NCBI RefSeq assembly: GCF_016433145.1
Contig: NC_058130.1
Span: 133,190,018 to 133,254,017, forward strand
Direction of reading: 5' to 3'
DNA: 64,000 bases
DNA from: Gracilinanus agilis
Lineage: Eukaryota
Shown here: positions 1-24,766 of the stretch, piece by piece
Numbering within the stretch: position 1 is the stretch's first letter
How the letters are laid out: each line of letters begins with the position of its first letter
Notes under the pieces: model-generated
The model's input: only the letters and a program-made list of their open reading frames with translations
The model's database searches: none
What the model was told of the DNA's origin: nothing
Position numbers and translations under genes: made by a program

Positions 1-1036
1 GGGGGGGGGTACGACTTGGAGAACAAGCAGAAAGAAATGCAGCTGTGTTGCAGCTTCCAGAACTGGGAGGAAGGCGCTTAGAATTCCAGATGTGCTGGGA
101 GGGTAATTTGGAAGGCAGCGGGGGGGGGGGGGGGGAGAGGGGAGAAGGGGGCTGTTAATTAGAGATGTGACCAGATTGAGGCTTTCCTTTTTCTCTCGCG
201 AGTGTATCAGGGAGTAGAGATGTGGGGTGGGGGAAATGAAGAACAACTCGGTGCCCGCTCTCATGCCGTGCCCCCTCCCTCCTCTGGTCTCCGTCCCACG
301 CTCTCTCCCCCCCCCCCAAACCCCACAAACCAGGCCACTCCCCTCGCCCTGCCCCAGGATCTGACGTGGGCTCCGACACCTTTCCCAGCTTCTCCCTCCT
401 GCAGCCTCAGCTCCCGAGCTGCCCCCCACCCCCGGCATCTCCCTCCCCCAGGACCCTACAACCTCTCTTCTCTTTTCCCAAAGGACCCTCTTAGAGCCCT
501 TTATAGAACCCTCCCAACCCTTCATTCTTTCCACCTCCCACCCCAAGCTGTAATTCCAATCTCCACCCTGCACACTAACAAGCTGGGATCTCAGAGAGGC
601 CGAAAACGGGCGTCAGGGAAAGAGTGGAACCCAGGCGTCCCCGGATCTCTCAGAAAGCCTGGTCTGATTTAGCACTCCCCACCGCGCCCCACCCCCTGCA
701 GCCGCAGCCGCGCCCCCTTTTTCTCTCCCCTCCCCCCTCCACATCCACAGGAACGGAGAGGACAGAGGTGTCCGGGCTAGAGAGAGGACCTGGGCATTCA
801 AGCAGGCAAGAAAGCCAGGAATCTTCGGTTCCCAGCTCCTTCCCCGTACATCTTCACACACACCCACCCACCTAAGCCTTTCGCCTCCTGTCGAACACTG
901 GATTTTTTTTTCCTTAAAAGGAAGCAGTAGTAGACGAAAGCGGAATAGACAAGAAGAGGAGCAAGAAGACTAGCTCTTCAGCCCTTAGGAGGAGAGGGAT
1001 TGGGGTGCGGGACAGGGATTTGGGGATCAGGTCACC

Positions 1037-16003
<14,967 letters not shown>

Positions 16004-16753
16004 ACACCAATGGAGGGAGCAGGACCTTTGGGTGTCCCTTCCTGACCCCCTCCCCCCCAGACCAATCTGGGAAGGGGGAGGGAGGAAGTATAGGGAACTG
16101 GACCCTCCACTTCCAGCTCTCAACACCTCGTGCTTCCCCCTTCCCCTCCTTGTAAATATCCTAAGACCCCATTAGGGACAATAAACACCCTGGAGACCCT
16201 CTGGTATCTAAACCAGCATCCTGCCTCCCAAGTCATTCTTTTTCTCTGTTGCCAAATGCAGGGGATCCTTCTTCTGCCTCCTGTATCCATCATCTGGCTC
16301 CCAAACCCCAAAATACAGGGCTATCCCTTGGTAGCTCAGCACTAGGGCCAATTGTAAGGGGAGAGGGCTGATATCCCTTAGCCCAAGTCATGACCCACTT
16401 GCCCCTGACAGCTACCACCAGGTAATGAGCCCCAGGGTCAATCTCAGAGGGCTTGATACCATTTTCCCTGCCCTCTGGTTGCTTTCATTGCTTGCCAGTT
16501 CCCTGGCCACACAATTTCCTGTCCCACCAGCACTGTCCATTCTTGGCCTTCCCTTTTGCTCTACCCTTGCCCACTGCTCCCTCAGGCCAGGAGTTCCAGC
16601 CAGTCCCTTTCTTCCCAAAAGCCCTAGTCCTTCTAGGCAGAGTAAGAGTAGGGAGGGCTAGGGAGATGACCCCTATCCCCTGCAGTCCCTCCCTCCAGGT
16701 TTCCCCAACTCTACCCTTTGCTCCTTCTGGCTTCTGGATTTTTGTTTTCAAGC

Positions 16754-16759
16754 AATAAA
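16754..16759 (+). terminator. SEZ6L2 polyadenylation signal AATAAA
   Basis: Canonical AATAAA about 750 nt after the stop codon, followed by a T/GT-rich element (ttgtaact...gtgttatg). Confidence 0.7.
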
Positions 16760-17261
16760 AAGAAAATCACCATTTGTAACTGGGCCCAGTGTTATGATGG
16801 GGGTACTTTATAAGAGGGAAGAGGGAAGAGCAGTGTTTCTTGGGAGAATGACAAAACCAAAACCATACCTCCCACTCTTATGGAAGTTGAGTAGGCTCAG
16901 TTGAAGCTTGGAGAGAATATTCTTTGAACTCATCTAATGGCAATAGCCCTTCAGAGAGAAAAGAGACTGTGAGAATGAAAAGGGATCTTCCAAATCATCC
17001 AGTCCAACCACCATATGAACAGCTGAGAAAAAAGAGGTCAAGAAAAGGAAAGGGACTTGCACAAAGTCACACAATGACTTATAGGAGAATCTAGAAACCA
17101 GGTCCCCTGACTCTCATTATAGTTAGTGTTCACTGCATTCCAACATAATGGCTGTAGATGCTCAAAGCTCTCTGGTCAACCCTCAGCTCAAATGTTTAAA
17201 TGGAGGGAAACTTTGGGAGAGATAATCTAAAACCAGAGAATTTAAAGGAATAGATTGGCCA

Positions 17262-17450
17262 TGGAAGGTGGCTAAATAGCCAGGTCTACAGTTGGGAGAA
17301 CCTGGGTTGTAATATGGCCTCAGATACTTCCTAGCTGTGTGATCCTGGGCCAGTCACTTAACCTCAATTGCCTAGCCCTTACTACTCTTCTGTGTTGGAA
17401 CTGATACTTAGTGCTGATTCTAAGACAGAAGGTAAGAGTTTAAAAAAGGG
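17262..17450 (+). mobile_element. Older marsupial SINE copy
   Basis: Same family motifs. Confidence 0.75.
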
Positions 17451-17871
17451 GAATAAATAATCAAAATAGCAGATTATCAATAACACCGGATTAAAAAACC
17501 AGCAGATAATCTACAATATGGGATTGTCCATAAGCACTTAACATTCTGTTTGGGGATGAAGCTATATGATGCTAATGCTTAAGATCTGCCTTTCTTGTGA
17601 TGCCAAGCTTTGGTGAATGCTACTATAAAAAAGGAATATGCCTTTTTACAGCAAACTGGTTGTGGAGGGGTAGACTATGGTTCAATGGTAAAATGATGTC
17701 GTAGACAATCTACCATGTAGAGCATATACACCTGAGGAATTCCTCAAAGAAGGATGAAACCGCTATTCCCTTCCCTTCCTTGGGCTAGTACCATATATCA
17801 TCCTCTTCAGAGAAGATCAGACCAGAGTATTGACTGAATTGTGGGGAGGGGAAGGCGGGGGTCCCCGTCTC

Positions 17872-17877
17872 TTTATT
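17872..17877 (-). terminator. Poly(A) signal AATAAA of the antisense 198-aa gene
   Basis: tttatt on the + strand, about 80 nt downstream of the TGA at 17958-17960. Confidence 0.7.
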
Positions 17878-17957
17878 AGTCTCTGGTTCCTGATGGTGTC
17901 ATGGCCGGGCTGTAGAGGGTGAAGAAGTATGTCACTTTGTCTGAGAGAGTCTGGGCT

Positions 17958-20429
17958 TCAGGGATGATGATCATAGTTAGGAGTCCTCCCTGGGACTTTG
18001 TCAGTTGCATTATGAAGGTTAGGGCCTCGAGCTACATTCTAAAAGGGGAAGAGAGAGAGAGAGAGAGAAGGAAAAGGGGAGAGAAGGTGTGAGCTCCTTC
18101 TGATTGGCCTATAGGGTTGTTTTTTGGATCAAGAATCCAAGGCAGAAGAATATCTGCCTCTAAAGCATTCTAAGGGAAGTACTCTTTGTCCTTTGAGACG
18201 GGAAAAGTTACCTGCTTATTTTTTCTATCCTATGAGTTTCTCCCCCTATCTTTTTCTGACCTTCTGCCCATTCCTTTCTTATCAATACCACAAATCTAGG
18301 TCTTATATGCCTGAACAAAAAAAGAAAAATCTTAGTGGTAGAGGGATTTTACAAGGTCAGCTAGTCTAATATCCCCTAATGAAGAAATCTTACCTCTGAC
18401 CTCTTTGAGAGATGGTCATCCAGTCTCTGCTTTAACATTTTTAGTGACCTGGAGCTTTTTGAGGCAGCTAGATGGTAGGCAGTTCTGATAGAAAAATCTT
18501 CCTAAATGGAAATTTGCCTCCCTGTCGCTTCCTCCCATTGATTCCAGTTCTTCCTTCCAGAGTAACATGGAATACAACTATTCCTTCTTCCACAGCCCTT
18601 CAAATCTATGAAGTCAGGTATTGTGTCTCCCACTGTCTTCTTTCTTCTAAGTTAGGTAGATTTATTTTTTCTAAGAGCTACATGGAAGAATGGTTTCCAG
18701 GCCCATCCCCCATCCTGGTCACTTTCCTCTGGGTGAACTCTACCTTGTTAATGTACCTTTACATCTACCTTAAAATTTTGCACCCACAGTTCAAAGTACC
18801 TTGACATTTCCTTGCTCTTTCCTGGAGGCAAGGGAAGAGAGGCTTTCTGGTACAGCAGGAGGCCTACGGACAGGCCGTCGGGTAGTCAAAAACATGGTTC
18901 CACCTAAGGCCTCCTCCTGCCGAACAGTCTCTACCTAGGAAGGGCAAGCAATTAATGCAGAATTCTATCCCAGGCATTAGCCAGCCTGAGATAGAGTAAC
19001 GGGATCAGGTTTTCTCTCACCTGTTTGTGTTGGGATGGCTCTTTGTCTTTTGACTTCAGCAATTTTCCCTTATCATCTTTGAAATCTTCAACCTGGAGCA
19101 TTACCAGGAAGAAGAGGAGGTATGTTTGTTTCTGAGGTTTGGAGTAGAATCTTTCTTATCCTGGGGAAGGGGAATTCCTGTAGTTTCCTCTTTGAGGTGG
19201 GAAGGTACAAGAATCTTCTCCCTTTCAGATCCCTATAGTCGACCACTTCTCCTTGCTCTAGGTGAGGCCCACCCAGTAGGAAGAGAGGGGATTCAAGAAC
19301 CCTATCACATACCATCTCTCTGGATGGCAGGAGATGAGTTTTATTTCTGGTCCTGTTTCTGTCAGAACTACAAAGAAGAAAGGAAGAGGGTGAAAAAAAT
19401 TGCACTCCCTGGTGGAAGGCAGCCTAGCTGCTCCCTCTTGGAAACATCAGAGTTCCCTCCTACCTACTAGTTCTACACAAAATTTCTTTCTCCAGGTGAA
19501 TTCTCATTTCCTGCTTCCCTTGGGATACCAGACCCTTCTTCCATGTAGGATGTAGCAGAAAGTCTACTAGACTTGAAGTCTGAAAACCAGAGTTCAAGGC
19601 CTGACTCTGACACTTTTCTAGACCTGAGATCAAGTCACTTAGATCTTCTGTTCCAGCATCTATCAAATGGGAAATACATTTGTTCTATCAACCCCATAAA
19701 GTTCTGATAAGGAAAACAAATTGTAAAGCACAATATAAAAATATTATTTACTCTTTCAACTTTCTCATACCCTGAGATGAGATTTTTCCCCTTAGAGCCT
19801 CTTACCGAGTATCCGTGCCCTTGGTCCTGGTGGTTGGCAGCACTGAAAACATAGGCCCTGGTTAGAAAGGTTGCTTCTCTCCATGACCAGAAAGGGAAGA
19901 AGGGATTGGAATGGCTAGTCACAGGGGGTGGGAAGTGAGGTTGAGGATAAGGAGATGAAGCACAAATGCCTGCAACTTTGTATGTAAAAGAGATGTTAAA
20001 TGGAAGTGGTTTTTAAGAGAGGACCTGCTAGGGTTCAGAATGGGTTCCTAGGGAGCAGTCTTAGGGGCTGGAGTACAGGGCACTGAAATGTTATTAGAGC
20101 AGGGATCACCGTGTCGGGACATCTGAGTTCCCTGGTCCAGTTTTTTCAGTTCCTTGGGCACGTCAGGGCTCATTGGGTATTGGGCTCCCATCAGGGCCTC
20201 ATTGGTAAGTTCTGTGCTGACCCGGGCCAAATACTCCTCAGACCTGGTCATAACCTTGCAGGAGGGATGAGAGTTGAGGGAACCAGGGTCAGAAGGTTGA
20301 CTCGATGGGGTGGGGGTGGGGCTGTCCCCTTCCCTGCAGCCCTCCCACAGCACTCACCGCTGATACACCGGAATTGTGCGTGAGCCGAGTGGTCTTTTTC
20401 TCCTGAGTTCCTGAAGGACTGGGTTCCAT
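17958..20429 (-). CDS. Uncharacterised 198-aa protein, 7 coding exons, head-to-head with CDIPT (positional equivalent of human CDIPTOSP/CDIPT-AS1 and mouse Cdiptos)
   Basis: Minus-strand exons 20429-20358, 20254-20110, 19842-19806, 19367-19313, 19092-19021, 18934-18800, 18038-17958 (72+145+37+55+72+135+81=597 nt). All introns are GT-AG, phases 0,1,2,0,0,0 are mutually consistent and there is no internal stop. Kozak gagATGG with an in-frame upstream TAG; AATAAA about 80 nt after TGA. Confidence 0.78.
18049..18068. repeat. (GA)n microsatellite that forms the polypyrimidine tract of the antisense gene's last acceptor
   Basis: On the minus strand: tctctctc...ttccccttttag|AAT. Confidence 0.85.
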
Positions 20430-20799
20430 CTCCTTGGGATCAGGTAGAGTGAGGTAGAGTATTAAGATGGGAAGCTATCCCATGGTTTTGTTTTGTTTTT
20501 GTTTTTAGGGAGGTGGGCAGGGCAGAATCTGAAACCATCTCCACTACCAGTTAATTTTCACAGTTGTCTGGATGGACCCCTGGGAGTTTCTTTCTCTGAT
20601 TGAATAACACATAAACTGCCCCCCTTTATTTTTCCGACTAGAGAACATCCAGACCATCCCATGTCATTTCTTCCCGCCCCCTCTCACCAACTCTATCCTC
20701 CTCCCTCTCCTTAAAAAGGTCCCTTCGATTGCTTTCTCCTCTTCTTCCCTCAGCCTCAGGGTCCTTCCCCTAACCCAAGGGTCTAGGTCCTCATTGTGC

Positions 20800-22420
20800 G
20801 GACCTTAAGTTGCGTAGAAATTGCTTAAGGCCCGGGAGGGAAGAGACGGGGTGGTCTTCTTAGTTTGCCCCGCGGTTGCTGTTGCTATGGGTACAGATCG
20901 CTGAGGGTAAGGGAATGGAAGGGGGAGGGGAAGAGTGGCACGGGGAGGTTGCCCCGGGAACCAAGCAGGCGGAGGGATCTTCGCAGTGCGTTACTAGGAG
21001 ACAGCCCTTTCGAGTTCTAGAAGTCAAATCTGAAGTCATCTTTTTTTTTTCCTTTATTTTTTCCCGGCATCCCTTTCTTTCTTCTCCGCTCGGGCTTAAT
21101 CGGCTGCAGGAGACACTCTCAGCTTTTAGGACGAGGAGGACTATTTATCCCAGCAGTGGGCTTGGATCTTGGAAGAGTAGTGTCCTCCCAAGGGCCAGGG
21201 GGCGATCTCTCGAGTCAGCTCCCTCTAATCTAGGGCTTCTTCTTGACCCTCTAGCTACCACCTCGATGCCCGAGAGTGGCTGAGACCAAATGAGGACGAA
21301 AAGGCTAGGGAGTCGGGGTTGGAGGAAAGGTATGATTCTGGACTGAACCAAATGCACCGCTAGATAGGGGTCTTCCAGGATCGGATAGGCGGAATACGTC
21401 TCTCTCTTAGTCCTCTCTAAGAAAATACACTCACATAATATTAAAAGTAGTTCTCTAGTCTTCTTAACTAGCTTCTCTTCCATAACTTCCTCCGTTCTAA
21501 GTTTACCACTCACTTCTAGTCTCTGCGCGAACTCCCTGTCCAACTCTAAACTTGGTACGATCCAGTCTAGAGAGGCGGAGGGAAGAAAAGGAAAAGGAAG
21601 CGGGCCTTTCTTAAAGGGATAGAAGCCATTCTTTTGGCCTTCAATTTTGCGTCAACAAGGGCGGAAGAACTGATTTCAGTGACACCGGGGGCCTTCCCCC
21701 CGGCACAGCTGGTGTTGCGACGACAGGAAGAAGGGTGGAGAGGAAGGTCTTAGAACCGGTCCCGGGGCCCCGAGCGAGGGGCATAGGAGCACCTGCACCC
21801 TTGCAGGAGGAAGGAGGGCGAGGCGCCAGCGGCTGCACATCTGGACCGGCTGATGACTGGGACGGCTGGGGGGGCTTGCACATCTGGGTCCCGCTCGGGG
21901 CGCGGGCCGCTGGGTCCACTGCAACTCCAGAGCGGCTGATGCGCTGGAGCAGAGGGAGGGGCTGCACAGCTGCGGCGCCGGGACGATCCCGGGGGCGGAA
22001 TAGACAGCCGAGCGAGAGCCGGGATCACACTAGCTCGGAGCCAGGGCTTGCCCAGCTGACCAGGCGGGGGCCCGCGGCGTGAGCGGTTGGGGACCGCTCT
22101 CCACCTCACTTCGAGAGGCCATCCATTCCCACCCTGCCGAGATGCCGGAAGAAAACATCTTTCTGTTCGTGCCCAACCTCATTGGTGAGTCCAGCGTGCA
22201 CAGACCCCTAAGCCCAAGCCCTGGGAAGAGCGAGGGCGGAGGTTGGCCGGGGAAGGGGATTCCTTTCATCCCAGAGGTTAGGGATTCCAACGCCAGCGCG
22301 ACCCCCACAACTTACGTGACCTTGGCTGGTGGCTTCCGGTCCTCAGACAACCTCCCCCTTCCCCCCCTTTGTGTGGGGCATGGTCGGACTCCTTGACTTC
22401 CAGTGAACCTTTAAAATTTT
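20800..22420. promoter_or_regulatory. CpG island / bidirectional promoter region of CDIPT and the antisense gene
   Basis: High CpG density against a CpG-depleted background; X-box-like GTTGCTATGGGTAC at 20881-20894; CRE half-site CGTCA near 21650. Confidence 0.75.
21514..21566 (-). other. Candidate 53-nt non-coding 5' exon of the antisense gene
   Basis: Strong polypyrimidine acceptor cttccttttccttttcttccctccgcctctctag and GTGAGT donor; no ATG inside. A matching acceptor (cccAAG|gagATG) lies at 20433/20432. Confidence 0.4.
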
Positions 22421-24766
22421 TTTGGCTCAGTTATTCCAGTACTTTCACCCCTCTGTTTCCTTCCCTCAGGCTATGCCCGGATCCTCTTCGCCTTCATTTC
22501 TTTCTACTTCATGCCCAGCTGTCCTTTGACAGCCTCCTCCTTCTACCTGCTTAGTGGGCTCTTGGATGCCTTCGATGGACATGCGGCCAGAGCCCTGAAT
22601 CAAGGTGACTGCATGCCTAGCCTTTATTCCTCTCAGAGACCAAGAGGCCAGCAGTTAACCCTCTTTCCCCAGTTCCTTCCCCCACCTCCCTGGGGCCTCA
22701 ATTTCCTCACTTCCTAGAGTCAGGACTTTGGTTTGTGAAAGGCTCTGCTTTGGAATGGGGTGACACCATCTCCACTGAGGACAGAACCAGAAGAAATAGG
22801 CTGGCACTACTGCTTCAGGAAAGATTTAGATTATTAGCCTTAGGGAAGAACTCCCTGGTTGTTAGGTTGTAAAACAGAACCAAGTGAGCAAGGTAGGTTT
22901 GGGGCATCTCTTTTCCTTTTCTTCGAGGCATGGGGAGGGAGGTGAGATAGCCTCTTGAGGGTTGTAGATGTCTTTTGCTCCTCCTCTTTTTTTAAGATTT
23001 TAGGTTATTTGCCCTAAGTTCAGGGTATTTCTCTACCTCTGGCTTTAATGTCTGATTCTGTCTACCCTGGTTTTATCTCATACTTTTGACATGGTTCAAG
23101 ACTTAGTTAGAACATAGGATTGTAAGGTTTTATACTAGGAAGGATATTTATTGACCATCTAGTCCAGTGTCTTTGTGTACCTATGCTATTCAGCTCATAG
23201 AGCAACTTTCCAAAGGAAACTCAAATAGTAAAGTTGGGATTCAAACCTAAATCTCTGGCTGGAGATCCAGGGCTCTCTTCATTGCCTTGTACTGTGATAT
23301 ACCTTGACCCTCTCATGGATCAGTATCTCACTTGGCTGGCTATTTCTGACTTGTCATCTCTGAGCCCAGGAGAGAATGAACACTTGATTTCTCAGTTCCT
23401 ATACATCTGTGGATTTGGAGCAATGCTGGGCATGCTGATTTCAGCCAAACTTCAGTCATTGATCTATTCTCCCCCATTGTCTTCATCCTGAACCACTGAC
23501 TCTCTTCTTACCTCCTTAATATAGGGACACGGTTTGGGGCAATGCTGGACATGCTGACTGATCGATGTTCTACTATGTGTCTGCTGGTAAACCTAGCTCT
23601 GCTGTACCCTCGGGCCACCCTGCTCTTTCAGCTCAGCATGAGCCTGGATGTTGCCAGCCATTGGCTGCACCTACACAGGTTAGGTTATACCAGTTGCCTT
23701 TGTGGGCTGAAAAATTGTAATCTTGGGTGTGGCCCAGCATTGGCTGAGTTACTTCTGTAGTTACTTCCAGAGGCATGGTAGCATGTAATTGGGGCGAGGC
23801 TGGCAGAAAGAGGAGCTGCTTACTTAGCTGGGGAATGGACTTTCTTCTTGGGGGCAAGAGAGAGTACATGGTTCATGGCCAATATTATCCAGAGAAATAT
23901 GAACAATAGGTTGGGGAGGTGGAGCAGAATAGGAATTGGAATGGGAGAGGTATACATGATCTTTTCATGTTTTCCCCTCTAGCTCAGTGGTCCAAGGTAG
24001 CGCAAGCCACAAAACCATTGACCTGACAGGGAATCCTATCCTTCGACTCTACTATACTTCCCGGGTGAGTCCCAATCCAGGTCATACTCCCCCCACCCCA
24101 CCCCCCTTTCTCATTATCCAGCCTGCATCTTCATGCCATATATCCCATTTTTTTTTAAGTCTTAATTGGTTTTGGAGTGAATGTGGGTGAGCTTGTGTAG
24201 GTACTCCCTCTGACCCAGTTGTTCTCTTTGTGTGTGAGGTACAGATGGGAGAGGGAAAGAGAAAAGATGTGAGCCCACTGTTCAAGTCAGAAACATGAGT
24301 TTTGCCTTCTTCCTGCAGCCAGTGCTATTCATCATGTGTGCTGGGAATGAAATTTTCTACTGTCTGCTTTACTTGCTCAGTTTCTCAGAGGGACCCTCAG
24401 GTATGAATCCAGAGGTGATGCTACATGGGGGCCAGGAGATCTGGGGACAAGATGCATGGAGTGGGAGCTGGGGGGTGGGGGAGATACAAATTGGAGAAAT
24501 GACTGACTTGATTAGATACTAACAATAAGCCTTTTGATTGAATTAAATTTCTTTTCTCCTTCTTTCCTCTTCTATCAATCCCTTCTCTATATTGGATTTT
24601 TTTTCCCTCCTTTCTTGCAGTGGGTTCAATAGGTCTGTTCCGAGTGGGACTCTGGGTCTCTGCTCCTATTGCTTTCCTCAAGTCCCTCATCAGTGTTGTC
24701 CACTTGGTCACTGCTGCACGCAATATGGCTGCCCTGGATGCTGCTGATCGTGCGAAAAAGGAATAG
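22142..24766 (+). CDS. CDIPT: CDP-diacylglycerol--inositol 3-phosphatidyltransferase (phosphatidylinositol synthase), 213 aa
   Basis: Exons 22142-22184, 22470-22604, 23525-23678, 23983-24064, 24319-24400, 24621-24766 (642 nt), all GT-AG. MPEENIFLFVPNLIGYARI start; CDP-alcohol phosphotransferase motif DAFDGHAARALNQGTRFGAMLDMLTD; ends AADRAKKE*. Confidence 0.97.

Noticed and set aside
202-875. Pro-rich ORFs upstream of SEZ6L2
   Set aside because: Low-complexity C-rich promoter/5' UTR sequence with no splice or homology support.
17733-17746. Perfect 14-bp palindrome TGAGGAATTCCTCA and a small hairpin at 17701-17713
   Set aside because: Expected by chance in 64 kb; no larger structured-RNA fold is evident.
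19105-19160. Alternative acceptor at 19160 as the true exon 5 start of the antisense gene
   Set aside because: In phase 0 it reaches TAA after 19 codons and leaves two further in-frame exons unexplained. It is kept only as a possible minor or NMD isoform.
21145-21543. 132-aa minus-strand ORF as a possible N-terminal exon of the antisense gene
   Set aside because: It starts at a TTG, runs through a GTGAGT donor at 21513, and has no donor linking it in frame to the downstream exons. The ATG at 20429 has its own Kozak context and an upstream stop.
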